DNA of 64,000 nucleotides from an uncultured Pelagibacteraceae bacterium (GCA_902568975.1 CACFSO010000004.1:5690-69689); one strand, 5' to 3'; numbered from the stretch's first letter, positions 1-10,699 are shown. Numbers and translations: made by a program. The notes: a model not told the origin generated them from the sequence alone.

Positions 1-2
1 AT

Positions 3-788
3 GAAATTTTTGAAACTGAAGTCAAACTTGTATCTGGAGGATACTTAGTAATTAATCCTACTGAGGCATTAATTTCTATCGATGTTAATTCTGGAAAATC
101 TATAAAACAAAAAAACGTTGAAAGCACTGCGTTAGACACAAACCTTGAAGCAGCAGAAGAAATAGCGAGACAAATTAAAATAAGAGATTTATCGGGTCTT
201 ATTATAATCGATTTTATTGATATGTTAAATTTTGGAAATAGAAGACAAGTTGAAAGAAAATTAAAGGAAAGATGTAGAGCAGATAGAGCAAGAATTCAAA
301 TTGGCAGAATTAGCAATTTCGGTCTTTTAGAAATGTCGAGACAGCGTTTAAGAGAAAGTAGTGTAAAGTGGAATATACAATTAAATAATGAATCTTTTGC
401 ACTTAAAATTCTTAAATTAGTAGAAATCAAATCTATAGAAAAAAAATCTAAAATTGTAGATATTTATGTTAACGAAAAAATAAATAAATTTATAAATGAA
501 AATTTCCTAGAAGATATTAAATATTTTCAAAAGAAAAATAAGATTAAAATAAATATTTTTACAGAAAATAAATTAAATTTATCCGAGTATTCTGTTCAAT
601 TGAAATCAAAAAAAAATAAAGTTACAGAAAAAATTGATAAAATATTAGATTTAAAAATAGATAGAGATAACAATTTAAAAAATAAAAATAGTTTAAAATA
701 TTCGGCAAATAAAAGAAAATTCAAAAAAAATAAACATTATACAAAAAAACTAAATAAGCCCAAATTTAGGAGAGGAAGAGCTTCCTAA
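3..788 (+). CDS. rne: Ribonuclease E/G, C-terminal part (5' end outside window)
   Basis: Frame is open from base 3 (…[21 protein letters not shown]…[14 protein letters not shown]…GLLEMSRQR); these are RNase E/G catalytic-domain motifs. Confidence 0.93.
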   Translation, partial: EIFETEVKLVSGGYLVINPTEALISIDVNSGKSIKQKNVESTALDTNLEAAEEIARQIKIRDLSGLIIIDFIDMLNFGNRRQVERKLKERCRADRARIQIGRISNFGLLEMSRQRLRESSVKWNIQLNNESFALKILKLVEIKSIEKKSKIVDIYVNEKINKFINENFLEDIKYFQKKNKIKINIFTENKLNLSEYSVQLKSKKNKVTEKIDKILDLKIDRDNNLKNKNSLKYSANKRKFKKNKHYTKKLNKPKFRRGRAS

Positions 789-1523
789 AAAATTTTTTTT
801 AATTCTACCTGCTAAGTAAGATTTTCTACCCGCTATAACTGCAAACTTCATTGCCTCGGCCATCAAGAATGGTTTTTTAGCTTTGGCGATTGCTGTATTG
901 ACTAACACACCATCACATCCTATTTCCATTGCTATAGATGCATCAGATGATTCACCTAGTCCTGCATCAATAATTAATGGTAATTTAGTTTGTTTTCTAA
1001 TTATTTTAATATTTACTTTATTTTGAATACCTAAACCTGATCCAATCGGGGCCGCTAAAGGCATTATTGCAGAAGCTCCGGCATTCTCTAATCTTTTTGC
1101 CATAAGCGGATCATCGTTACAATAAACCATTACTTTAAAACCTTCTTTCGATAATATTTCTGTTGATCTTAAAGTTTCTATCATATCAGGAAATAAATTT
1201 TTTTTTTCTCCCAATACTTCTAATTTTACTAATTTCCAACCACCTATATTTCTTGCTAATCTTAATGTCCTTAGTGCCTCTTCAGATGTAAAACAGCCTG
1301 CGGTATTAGGTAAATAAGTTATTTTTTTTGGATTAATATAGTCCATTAAAAGAGGTTTGGATTTATCTTGAATATTAACTCTTCTTACAGCTACAGTAAC
1401 TATTTTTGCTCCAGAAATTTTGATTGCTTTCGAACACTCTTCCATACTTTTATATTTACCCGTTCCAACTATTAATCTTGAGGTAAATCTTTTTTTTGCA
1501 ATTATTAAATGATCACTATTCAT
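750..1523 (-). CDS. thiG: Thiazole synthase
   Basis: [44 protein letters not shown] motifs. Confidence 0.97.
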   Translation of the reverse strand: MNSDHLIIAKKRFTSRLIVGTGKYKSMEECSKAIKISGAKIVTVAVRRVNIQDKSKPLLMDYINPKKITYLPNTAGCFTSEEALRTLRLARNIGGWKLVKLEVLGEKKNLFPDMIETLRSTEILSKEGFKVMVYCNDDPLMAKRLENAGASAIMPLAAPIGSGLGIQNKVNIKIIRKQTKLPLIIDAGLGESSDASIAMEIGCDGVLVNTAIAKAKKPFLMAEAMKFAVIAGRKSYLAGRIKKNFLGSSSSPKFGLI

Positions 1524-1741
1524 TACCCTCCACCTATAAAATGAACTATTTCAATATTATCTTTAAATTTTAAAATTATATTTTTTATTTTTTTTTTATC
1601 TATAATTTTTTTGTTAAGCTCAATAGCAACCTTATTTATTGGAATTTTAAGTCTAATCAACAAGTCATTTAAAGATGAATCCTTAACAATTAATAAATTT
1701 TTGCCATTAACCTTTATTTTTATTTTATTTTTTTTATTCAT
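1523..1741 (-). CDS. thiS: Sulfur carrier protein ThiS
   Basis: IKVNG start region and C-terminal [10 protein letters not shown]; adjacent to thiG; start placed at the ATG at 1741. Confidence 0.93.
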   Translation of the reverse strand: MNKKNKIKIKVNGKNLLIVKDSSLNDLLIRLKIPINKVAIELNKKIIDKKKIKNIILKFKDNIEIVHFIGGG

Positions 1742-1757
1742 GTAATATAAATTCAAA

Positions 1758-2207
1758 ATGAAAAATAATATTTTAATAATTAATGGACCAAATCTTAATC
1801 TATTAGGCGAAAGAGAACAATCTCAATATGGATCTATTACATTTAAGGAACTAGAAAAAATTTGTTTAGATGCAGCCAAAAAAATACATTTTAAACTAGA
1901 TTTTAGACAATCAAATATTGAGGGAGAAATAGTAACAATAATACAAGACGCAAGGAATATATACGATGGGATAATTATAAATGCTGCCGGATTTACTCAT
2001 ACCTCTGTTGCCATTAGAGACTCTTTAAATATATTTAAAAAACCTATTATAGAATTACATATATCTAATATATACAAAAGAGAAGAATTCAGGCACAAAT
2101 CACTTATAAGTGACGTTGCCACAGGAATTATTTGTGGACTTGGAGCAAATGGATATATTTTGGCCATAAATGCAATGCAAGAATTGCTTAAAAATGGAAA
2201 TAGATAA
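1758..2207 (+). CDS. aroQ: Type II 3-dehydroquinate dehydratase
   Basis: NGPNLNLLGERE…YG, QSNIEG, THTSVAIRD, ELHISN…REEFRH. Confidence 0.97.
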   Translation: MKNNILIINGPNLNLLGEREQSQYGSITFKELEKICLDAAKKIHFKLDFRQSNIEGEIVTIIQDARNIYDGIIINAAGFTHTSVAIRDSLNIFKKPIIELHISNIYKREEFRHKSLISDVATGIICGLGANGYILAINAMQELLKNGNR

Positions 2208-2550
2208 GAAAATAATAAAAAAATTAATTGAAACTTTGGAAGATTTAAAAAAATCTTTGAATGACAAAAATTTGCTTATCAATGAAACTAGTGAAGAAGA
2301 AAAAATAGAAGAATTAGGCACTCCTATTAAAAGTCCAATTGTAGGCACGGCTTATTTAGCTCCTGAACCGGGTGCAAAAAAATTTGTAGATGTAGGAAAA
2401 AAAATTAAAAAAGGCGATACATTAATGATAGTTGAGGCTATGAAAACTATGAACCACATCCCTTCAACATCAGATGGTACAATCAAAAAAATTTGTGTTG
2501 ATGATGGTCAACCTGTAGAGTTTGGTCAAACAATAGTCATTATTGAATAA
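2194..2550 (+). CDS. accB: Acetyl-CoA carboxylase biotin carboxyl carrier protein
   Basis: SPIVGTAY and EAMKTMN biotinylation motif; aroQ-accB-accC order; N-terminal part looks short. Confidence 0.93.
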   Translation: MEIDKKIIKKLIETLEDLKKSLNDKNLLINETSEEEKIEELGTPIKSPIVGTAYLAPEPGAKKFVDVGKKIKKGDTLMIVEAMKTMNHIPSTSDGTIKKICVDDGQPVEFGQTIVIIE

Positions 2551-3886
2551 TGTTTAAAAAAATATTAATCGCTAATCGTGGCGAAATAGCAGTTCGAATA
2601 ATAAGAGCTTGTAAAGAATGGGGTATTGCTACAGTAGCTATTCATTCTGATGTAGATAGAAATAGTATGCACGTTAGATTGTCTGACGAAAGTGTATGCA
2701 TTGGTTCTCACCAACCAGCTAATAGTTATTTAAATATACCCGCAATCATGTCTGCAATAGAATTAACTAATTCAGATGCAGTTCATCCAGGATACGGTTT
2801 TCTTTCTGAAAATTCAGCTTTTGCAAAAATATTAGAAGAAAATAATATAAAATTTATAGGTCCTTCATCAAAATTAATAAAAATGATGGGAGACAAAATA
2901 GAAGCTAAAAAAATTGCAAAAAAATATGGATTGCCAGTTATTGAAGGGTCAGCTGGAGGGGTCTCTAGTAAAAGTGAAGCTAAAGAAATATCAAAAAAAT
3001 TGGATTCCCAGTATTAATAAAGGCTGCTGGTGGTGGTGGTGGTAAAGGAATGAAAATAGTTAAAGAAGAGAAAAATTTTGATGAATTATTTTCAGCTGCA
3101 AAATTAGAAGCAAAAAAGTTTTTTGGAAATGACGAAGTTTATATTGAAAAATTTTTTCAAAATCCAAGACATATAGAAGTTCAAGTATTATCTGGAAAAA
3201 ATCACACTGTTCATTTGCACGAAAGAGATTGCTCAGTGCAAAGAAGGCATCAGAAACTTATTGAGGAAACACCAAGTCCTGTTTTAAACGATGAATTAAG
3301 AAAGGATTTGTTCGATAAAACAGTGAAAATGGTTAGTCAAATTGGATACCAAGGAGCAGGAACAGTTGAGTTTATTTATGAAAGTGGAAAATTTTATTTT
3401 TTAGAAATGAACACAAGAGTTCAAGTTGAACATCCAGTTACAGAAATGGTAACAGGAATTGATATTATAAAAGAACAAATATGGATAGCTTTTACTGGAA
3501 ATACAGCTTTAAAACAAAGTGATATAAATCCAAGAGGCCATGCAATTGAATGTAGAATTAATGCTGAAGATCCATCAAATAATTTTCAACCTTCTCCTGG
3601 AACTATTAGCATGTGTCATCAACCTTCAGGCTTTAGAACAAGAGTTGATGGAGCAATATATCAAGGTTGCAAAATAACTCCTTATTATGACAGCATGATT
3701 TGTAAATTAATATGTCAAGGAAGAAATAGAACAGAAGCAATACAAAGAATGCAAAGATCCTTGGATGAGTTTGTAATTGAAGGAATAACAACTACAGTAG
3801 ATTTACATAAAAAAATCTTAATTCACGAAAAATTTGTTAAGTCTAATTTTAATGTTAGCTGGTTAGATAACGAAAAAATTCTTTAA
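2550..3886 (+). CDS. accC: Biotin carboxylase, split by a 1-nt frameshift near 2993-2999 (probably a sequencing error)
   Basis: [12 protein letters not shown]…[10 protein letters not shown] in the first frame; [17 protein letters not shown]…[11 protein letters not shown]…[10 protein letters not shown] in the second; adding one A to the A7 run restores a single ORF. Confidence 0.92.
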
Positions 3887-3887
3887 T

Positions 3888-4301
3888 CTAAAAACATTTT
3901 GTAAGCCATATATCGTACACTGGATGATCAAAAGGTTGTATTGAAGGGCTGGAAGAAAAAGCCCATCCATTAAAAACGAAAACTCTATTATTGTCTTCGT
4001 AAGTTATATCTTTTACTTGAAGATATGCAGTAACCTCAGGATTGTCATCAAATTCAGAGTTAGTACATTTAAGGGATTTAATTAATAAATTTTTAAACTT
4101 TTTTTCCTCTCCTATCTTTAATATCACATTGTTATTTTTAGATGATACTTTATCTAAGATATTTAATTCTATATGCTCTCCAACATTAATATCTTCTTTT
4201 GATTGGCTTGTTGGATATATACAAATATAAAAGACAAGGAAAAGATAAAAAAATTTGAAAAAATTAATCTTTCCAAATTTTATATTTTTTTGTAGGTACA
4301 T
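3888..4301 (-). CDS. DUF2155-family protein
   Basis: LDKV…, F.GW.FSSSP…FDHPVYDIWLTKC; typical neighbour of NDUFA12 in alphaproteobacteria. Confidence 0.8.
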   Translation of the reverse strand: MYLQKNIKFGKINFFKFFYLFLVFYICIYPTSQSKEDINVGEHIELNILDKVSSKNNNVILKIGEEKKFKNLLIKSLKCTNSEFDDNPEVTAYLQVKDITYEDNNRVFVFNGWAFSSSPSIQPFDHPVYDIWLTKCF

Positions 4302-4623
4302 TATTATTTTGGGTTGGATTGTATGCTTCTTCAGTTCCAGTCTGATTTGATTTATGTGGTTTTTGCCAGCTATATTTTTTTAATTCATGTTGATTTTCAA
4401 TTTTATTTTTAGTGTAGTGCATCCAAGAGTACCATTCACCGGGTATTTTTGATGCATCAACTTCACCATTATATATGATCCATCTTTTACCTTTTTTATT
4501 TTGATAATATTTATTTCCTAAATTATCTCTACCAACTAACTTTCCAGAAATTAAAGTTTTAAATCTAGTTCCTAATGTTTGCCGATTCCACCAAGTGAAT
4601 ATTTCTTTAAACAGTGTCAACAT
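4264..4623 (-). CDS. NADH:ubiquinone oxidoreductase 17.2 kDa subunit (NDUFA12 family)
   Basis: FTWWN.QTLGT, VG.D..GNKYY, RW.IYNG…ASKIP.EW.SW.H, WQKPH..N.TGT. Confidence 0.9.
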   Translation of the reverse strand: MLTLFKEIFTWWNRQTLGTRFKTLISGKLVGRDNLGNKYYQNKKGKRWIIYNGEVDASKIPGEWYSWMHYTKNKIENQHELKKYSWQKPHKSNQTGTEEAYNPTQNNNVPTKKYKIWKD

Positions 4624-4734
4624 AAATTATTAGTTAATTTTTCAATTTTTAAGTGTAAAAAATAAATTAGACTAAAAATTAAATTTGTATATACAATAAT
4701 TGTTTTAAGATTCAAAAATAAATAGGGTAACATT

Positions 4735-5571
4735 ATGTCAAAATACTTAGTAGAAACTTACTATAATTGTAGTATTAAAGTCAGTCATTACTTGGATGAT
4801 ATAAATGAGACTGACATTCAAAATCTTGAGAAAAGAGAAGATGGAAAATTTGAAATATTAGACATCAAATTAGATAATAGAAAAACAAAGAATTTAGATG
4901 CAAAAAATAAGAATTTACATACTAAACCTGATAGTAAAAAGATAGATATAGCCTCACAAACAAATAATTCAAAAAATCCAGCAAAAAATAATCCATTTTT
5001 TGCAAAAAGTATTAATGAAGGCATCAGCAATAGATTTGGAATGCCTGATAGACGTAAAGGCTATATTCAAAAAGCAACTATTGGTAATCATAAAGTTTAC
5101 TTACATACAGGTGAATATGAAGATGGAAAAATTGGAGAGATTTTTATAGACACAAGTAAAGAAGGAGAATTAGTAAAAGCCCTTATGAACAATTTTGCAA
5201 TTGCTATCTCTCTTGGTTTGCAATACGGGGTTCCTCTTGACGAATTCGTAAATGCTTATGTAGGAACGAAATTTGAACCTTCGGGAAAAGTTTATGGTAA
5301 TGATAGAATTTTGAGCGCTACATCTATACTAGATTATATTTTTAGGGAACTTGCAATTTCATATTTAAATAGAGAAGATTTGGCTCATACACCATCAATT
5401 GGTGGTTCTGAAAAACCTGTAGAAAAATTAAGCGAAGAAGTAACTGAAGATCAAAGCAAATTCTTAAAAATAGTAAAAGATATTACTAGTAAGGGATTTG
5501 TAAGGAGTAATTACAAAAGAAAATTGGTTGATTTATCAGATATAAGAATTAATTTAAAAGGGAAAAAATAA
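4735..5571 (+). CDS. Stand-alone C-terminal (TSCPD-type) domain of class II ribonucleotide reductase NrdJ, with an unrelated N-terminus
   Basis: [35 protein letters not shown]…[15 protein letters not shown]…FEP.G…[15 protein letters not shown]; only 278 aa, no catalytic barrel. Confidence 0.8.
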   Translation: MSKYLVETYYNCSIKVSHYLDDINETDIQNLEKREDGKFEILDIKLDNRKTKNLDAKNKNLHTKPDSKKIDIASQTNNSKNPAKNNPFFAKSINEGISNRFGMPDRRKGYIQKATIGNHKVYLHTGEYEDGKIGEIFIDTSKEGELVKALMNNFAIAISLGLQYGVPLDEFVNAYVGTKFEPSGKVYGNDRILSATSILDYIFRELAISYLNREDLAHTPSIGGSEKPVEKLSEEVTEDQSKFLKIVKDITSKGFVRSNYKRKLVDLSDIRINLKGKK

Positions 5572-5581
5572 GTAAAACTAT

Positions 5582-7363
5582 TTATTTTTTTAGAAATTTC
5601 AAATTTAATTCTTTTAATTGTTCATCACTAACTTTAGAAGGTGCGTTCATCAATAAATCTTGTGCATTTTGGTTCATTGGGAACATTGTAACCTCTCTTA
5701 TATTAATTTCTTCTGCCAAAAGCATTACTATTCTATCAATCCCAGGTGCTATTCCTCCGTGAGGAGGCGCTCCATAACTCAAAGCATTTATCATGCCGCT
5801 AAATTTTTTATCTACTGTTTGTTTATCATATCCAGCTATGGAAAATAATTTGTACATTAACTCTGGAATATGATTTCTAATCGCTCCCGATGATAACTCT
5901 ATTCCATTGCAAACTATATCATATTGAAAAGCTTTAAGATCTAATGGCTTTGAAAAATCAAGATTTTTTATATCTCCCTGTGGCATAGAAAAAGGATTAT
6001 GACTAAATTTTATTTTTTTTGTTATTACGTCTTTTTCAAAGATTGGGTAATCAACTATCCAACAAAACGCGAAAGAATCTTTATTAATAACATTTAAGTC
6101 ATTACCTATTTTTTGTCTCGCTAAGGCCATAATTTTTTCAACTTCATCTAATTTTCCACAAGAAAGAAATATAGAATCTCCTATTTCAGCTGAAGTAATT
6201 TTCATTATTTGCTTTAGTGATTCTTCTGAGAAGAATTTTCCTATAGGTCCCTTACCTATAATTTTATTTTCTTCATCGAAAGTAAAGTATGCTAAGCCTG
6301 ATGATCCTTGTTCTTTGGCCCATTTGTCGATATTGTCAAAAAAACTTCTTGATTTATTCTTAGTATTTTTTGTTATAATAGCTCTTACAACAGATCCTGA
6401 TTTTACGAGTTTTTTAAATATATCAAATTTTACATCTTCTCTTTCAAAAATTTGAGTAATATCAAAAATCAATAATGGATTTCTAAGATCAGGTTTATCA
6501 GTACCATATTTTAACAAAGCATCATTATATTTAATCTTTGGAAATTGATCATATAATAATTTTTTTTTAGAAAAATTTCTAAATAAATTAGTCATTAATT
6601 TTTCTACTACTTTAAAAACATCTTCTTGCTCAACAAAAGACATTTCAAGGTCTAATTGATAAAATTCTCCAGGACTTCTGTCAGCTCTTGCATCTTCATC
6701 TCTAAAACATGGAGCTATTTGGAAATACTTGTCAAAACCTGATACCATTATTAATTGTTTAAATTGTTGAGGTGCCTGAGGTAGAGCATAAAATTTTCCA
6801 GGATTTAGCCTACTAGGTACTAAAAAATCTCTTGCTCCTTCTGGGCTAGAAGAGGTTAAAATTGGTGTTTGAAATTCTAAAAAACCTAATTTTTCCATTT
6901 CTGATCTTATAAATGAGATAACTTTTGATCTTAAAATAATATTTTCATGAATTTTTTTTCTTCTTAAATCTAAAAATCTATACTTTAATCTTATTTCCTC
7001 AGAATATTCTTGATCGCTAAATACTGGAAGTGGGAGTTCTTTTGTATAACCTAGTACTTCATAATTTTGAATTGATATTTCTATTTCTCCCGTAGATATT
7101 TCATTATTAACAGTTTCTTTGCTTCTTTCAATTACATTACCTTCAACTTTTATTACAGTTTCTAATTGTAGTTTTTCTAGAACATTAAAATTTGAATTCT
7201 TTTTATCAATAACACACTGTGTAATTCCATAATTATCTCTTAAATCAATAAACAATAAATTACCATGATCACGTTTTTTATTAATCCACCCTGAAAGAAT
7301 TACTTTCTTATCTTTATGATTTTTATTTAAATCACCACATGTATGAGTTCTATATTTATTCAA
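5582..7363 (-). CDS. aspS: Aspartate--tRNA ligase
   Basis: YRTHTCG, RDHG, PEGARDFLVPSR, ALPQAPQQFKQ, CFRDED.RADR, GAPPHGG.A.G.DR. Confidence 0.98.
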   Translation of the reverse strand: MNKYRTHTCGDLNKNHKDKKVILSGWINKKRDHGNLLFIDLRDNYGITQCVIDKKNSNFNVLEKLQLETVIKVEGNVIERSKETVNNEISTGEIEISIQNYEVLGYTKELPLPVFSDQEYSEEIRLKYRFLDLRRKKIHENIILRSKVISFIRSEMEKLGFLEFQTPILTSSSPEGARDFLVPSRLNPGKFYALPQAPQQFKQLIMVSGFDKYFQIAPCFRDEDARADRSPGEFYQLDLEMSFVEQEDVFKVVEKLMTNLFRNFSKKKLLYDQFPKIKYNDALLKYGTDKPDLRNPLLIFDITQIFEREDVKFDIFKKLVKSGSVVRAIITKNTKNKSRSFFDNIDKWAKEQGSSGLAYFTFDEENKIIGKGPIGKFFSEESLKQIMKITSAEIGDSIFLSCGKLDEVEKIMALARQKIGNDLNVINKDSFAFCWIVDYPIFEKDVITKKIKFSHNPFSMPQGDIKNLDFSKPLDLKAFQYDIVCNGIELSSGAIRNHIPELMYKLFSIAGYDKQTVDKKFSGMINALSYGAPPHGGIAPGIDRIVMLLAEEINIREVTMFPMNQNAQDLLMNAPSKVSDEQLKELNLKFLKK

Positions 7364-7364
7364 T

Positions 7365-8027
7365 TTATACCTTTAATATTTCATTTACTGTTTTAAAATT
7401 AATTGGCTTCTTTCTTTTTAAACTCAATTCATCTATCTTATATATAAAATCAGCTATTTTACCATACGATCTATCAATTCTTTTAATTATAAAATCAATG
7501 AGTTTTTTATCTATTTTTATTTGTCTGTCTGAAAAGTTTTTCAATATAATTGCAAACATTAAATCGTCGTCTGGACTATCAATTTTAGCAAAAAGACAAT
7601 TTTTTGATCTTGATTTTAAATCTTCTAAATGAAAATTAATTTCATTTATTGGAATTAATGAATTTATCAATAAATATTTATTATCCTGATCAATTAAATT
7701 AAATAATGAATATAATAATCTTTCGTCACAATTATTTGTAAAATTATCAAGTATTATATTTTCATATAATTTAAAATTTTTTAAATTTTCGTTAGTTAGC
7801 TCACTCTCATTTATTCTTATTCCATTATTTTTTTTTTTAAAAATATTAGCAAGATGGGTTTTTCCTGAGTATTTCTCTCCATATATATTTAATATTTTCT
7901 TTTCCCAGTATGGCCATTTGTCAATTAATTTAAATGCATAATAATTACTGTCGCTTACGTAAAAATCATCATATTTAAAATTTTGCTTATAATTAAAATT
8001 TAAAAGAAGTTGGTTTAATTCTCTCAT
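7365..8027 (-). CDS. hdaA: DnaA regulatory inactivator Hda/HdaA family ATPase
   Basis: N-terminal QLLL clamp-binding motif, FYVSDSN, GEKYSGKTHL, DLKSR. Confidence 0.85.
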   Translation of the reverse strand: MRELNQLLLNFNYKQNFKYDDFYVSDSNYYAFKLIDKWPYWEKKILNIYGEKYSGKTHLANIFKKKNNGIRINESELTNENLKNFKLYENIILDNFTNNCDERLLYSLFNLIDQDNKYLLINSLIPINEINFHLEDLKSRSKNCLFAKIDSPDDDLMFAIILKNFSDRQIKIDKKLIDFIIKRIDRSYGKIADFIYKIDELSLKRKKPINFKTVNEILKV

Positions 8028-9100
8028 TTAATTTTCCAATTTTTTTTTGAAGAATCAATTTTAAAACCATTAGATTCAATTTCTGAAATAAATTTATCTG
8101 GAGTGCTACTATAGATTATTTTATAAACTATAGAACTACTTGAAAATCTATCTATGTAATGTTTTGAAACTAAGTCTAAATTATCTAATACTTCAGTTAA
8201 TCTTAAAATTAATTCGGTATTTTTCGATTCTAAATGAAGTGTTAAAGGTAACTTTATAGAAGTATTTATTTGGTTTATTTTTTTCCATTGGTCCTCATAA
8301 TCAATTTTAAGATCTTCAATCATCTTGGACATATCTGATTCCTCTTTAAGATTAAGATTAATAAATTCTTTATTTAAAATTACTAGTTTATTATTTAAAT
8401 TTACTTTTGAAAGGCACCTTATTTTTTCTTCTGTCTTAAAAAAAATAGTAATAATATAATCTTTTAAATTATACTTAGAAATTATTTCTAAAAAATCATA
8501 ATCTTCTATATTATCTATATTACTTTTTATAAAAGATATGTCTTCAATATCTTCATTTGGCAAAACATAATTTAACAAGTAATATTTTTCATTTTTAATA
8601 TTCCAATTATTATAAAACTCGTTTTTGTTAAAAAAAAATACTTCATTAGCGTTGATGTCGTAGAGTATAGGTAAAATTAAGAGAGTTTTTTCATCAAGAA
8701 TTGATGGAAAAATATTTTTTTCTTCTAAAAATCTAAATACTTCTTTTTTTTCAAAATCAACGTCAAAATTAGCATAATATTTATCTTCAATAAATCTTTC
8801 ATCAGTTATTGTAAATGAATCTACTAATTGTTTAATTTTGCTAGAGTTGATTTTTTTTAACTTGTTTTGATCTTTAGAAAGAGTAATTTTAAATATTAGT
8901 TCAATAAAAGCTTTGTAAATCGCCTCATCAATAATTTCTAATTTTTTAAAGTTTGTTTCAAAAGATTGAGAGACTTCAATATCTTTAATTTTATAAGTTT
9001 TTGCTAATGCATTATTTGTGGAAAACTTAATTAAAAATAGAAAGATAATAAAAAAAAATATATAAAAAATAAATTGATTTTTTTTTTTTTTATAAAACAT
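8024..9100 (-). CDS. DUF2066-like exported protein
   Basis: Signal/TM segment; lies between purM and hdaA as in other alphaproteobacteria; start placed at ATG 9100. Confidence 0.6.
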   Translation of the reverse strand: MFYKKKKNQFIFYIFFFIIFLFLIKFSTNNALAKTYKIKDIEVSQSFETNFKKLEIIDEAIYKAFIELIFKITLSKDQNKLKKINSSKIKQLVDSFTITDERFIEDKYYANFDVDFEKKEVFRFLEEKNIFPSILDEKTLLILPILYDINANEVFFFNKNEFYNNWNIKNEKYYLLNYVLPNEDIEDISFIKSNIDNIEDYDFLEIISKYNLKDYIITIFFKTEEKIRCLSKVNLNNKLVILNKEFINLNLKEESDMSKMIEDLKIDYEDQWKKINQINTSIKLPLTLHLESKNTELILRLTEVLDNLDLVSKHYIDRFSSSSIVYKIIYSSTPDKFISEIESNGFKIDSSKKNWKIK

Positions 9101-9111
9101 AAATAATTCTA

Positions 9112-10143
9112 ATGAAAAATAACAAATTATCATATGCTAAAAGTGGAGTTAATATAAAAGCAGCAGATAAATTTGTAAATTTCATATCATCTTTAACTAG
9201 AAAATCAGAAAAAAATGGTAAATTTAAGAATATAGGTGGTTTTAGCTCTATATATAACATCCCAAATAATTTAAAAAATCCTAAGATAGTTGCAAGTACT
9301 GACGGTGTTGGGACAAAAATTGAGATAGCTAACATATTAAAAAAATTTAATACAATAGGGATAGACCTAGTTGCTATGTGCGTAAATGACTTGATTGTTC
9401 AAGGAGCTAGACCGGTATTTTTTTTAGACTACATCTCAATAAATAAAATCAATCTATCAAAGCTTAAAACAATTATTAAAGGAATATATAAAGGTTGTAA
9501 AATTTCAGGCTGTTCATTAGTTGGAGGTGAAACTGCAGAAATGCCAGGAACTTATTCTAAAGATAAATTTGATGTTGCTGGGTTTGCAGTAGGCTTAGTT
9601 GAAAAAAACAAAATTCTTAACAATAAAAAAATAAAGAAAAATAATTTAATTTTAGCTATTCCTTCAAATGGAATACATTCAAATGGATTTTCGTTAGTAA
9701 GGTATATTTTAAAAAAAAAAAAAATTAATTTAAAAAAAAATAATTTTTTGAGAAGCGAGTTTTTAAAACCAACGAAAATTTATGTGAACGAAATATTAAA
9801 ATTGGTGGATAAAAATTTGATAAATGGATGTGCAAATATTACAGGTGGTGGATTGTCAGAAAATATAAAAAGAATAATTCCCACAGGATTGTCTGCGGAT
9901 ATTAATTTAGATATGATAAAAACAAAATTAATTTTTAAATGGATTCAAGAAAAAGGAATTTCGAACAGTGAAATGTTAAAAACTTTTAATTGTGGTGTAG
10001 GTTTTTGCATAATAATTGAGGCTAAAAATTTAAATAAAGTTAAAAAATATTTTATAAAAAAATATAAACCCTATGTTATTGGAAAAATTTCTAACGGAAA
10101 AGAAAAAGTAAATATAAATGGTCAAATTAATTGGAATAAATAA
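9112..10143 (+). CDS. purM: Phosphoribosylformylglycinamidine cyclo-ligase
   Basis: YAKSGVNI, TDGVGTK, GIDLVAMCVND, GGETAEMPG, SNG.HSNG, TFNCG.G. Confidence 0.97.
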   Translation: MKNNKLSYAKSGVNIKAADKFVNFISSLTRKSEKNGKFKNIGGFSSIYNIPNNLKNPKIVASTDGVGTKIEIANILKKFNTIGIDLVAMCVNDLIVQGARPVFFLDYISINKINLSKLKTIIKGIYKGCKISGCSLVGGETAEMPGTYSKDKFDVAGFAVGLVEKNKILNNKKIKKNNLILAIPSNGIHSNGFSLVRYILKKKKINLKKNNFLRSEFLKPTKIYVNEILKLVDKNLINGCANITGGGLSENIKRIIPTGLSADINLDMIKTKLIFKWIQEKGISNSEMLKTFNCGVGFCIIIEAKNLNKVKKYFIKKYKPYVIGKISNGKEKVNINGQINWNK

Positions 10144-10699
10144 AATTAATATAGCGGTATTTATTTCTGGAAAAGGTTCTAATTTAAAATCACTAATTGA
10201 GTATTCAAAAAATAAAAAATCAACTTTTAAGGTAGACTTAGTTTTATCAGACAAAAAAGCACCCGGCTTGAAATACGCTAAACGCTATAATATTGATTTT
10301 TCCATAATTAATTACAGTAAAAAATATAAAGCAGAAAAATTTGCTTTAAAGCTGCTAAAAAAAAAAAAAATAAACTTGATTTGTTTTGCAGGTTTTATGA
10401 GGATTATATCAAATAAATTCTTGAAAGAATTTAACGGAAAGATTTTAAATATCCATCCATCTCTACTTCCTAAATATAAAGGTCTTAATACACATGAAAA
10501 AGTTATAAAAAATAAAGAAAATTATTCTGGTTGTACAGTACACTTGGTTAACAGTCGCTTAGATTCTGGTAAAATAATTATGCAAAAAAAAGTCAAAGTT
10601 TTTAGAAATGATACTCCTGTTAGTTTAAAAAAAAGAATTTTACAATATGAACATAAGTTATATCCCAAAGCTATATCAAAATTTATTGCTAATTTTTAA
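10118..10699 (+). CDS. purN: Phosphoribosylglycinamide formyltransferase
   Basis: ISG.GSNL, AGFMRI, NIHPSLLPKYKG, GCTVH.V…LDSG. Confidence 0.96.
   Translation: MVKLIGINKINIAVFISGKGSNLKSLIEYSKNKKSTFKVDLVLSDKKAPGLKYAKRYNIDFSIINYSKKYKAEKFALKLLKKKKINLICFAGFMRIISNKFLKEFNGKILNIHPSLLPKYKGLNTHEKVIKNKENYSGCTVHLVNSRLDSGKIIMQKKVKVFRNDTPVSLKKRILQYEHKLYPKAISKFIANF

Noticed and set aside
750-788. 39-bp convergent overlap of rne and thiG
   Set aside because: Short convergent overlaps are routine throughout this streamlined genome
1742-1757. TPP riboswitch upstream of thiS-thiG
   Set aside because: Only 16 bp of intergenic space and no TPP aptamer motif visible
3029-3043. (GGT)n microsatellite
   Set aside because: It encodes the conserved GGGGG ATP-grasp loop of biotin carboxylase
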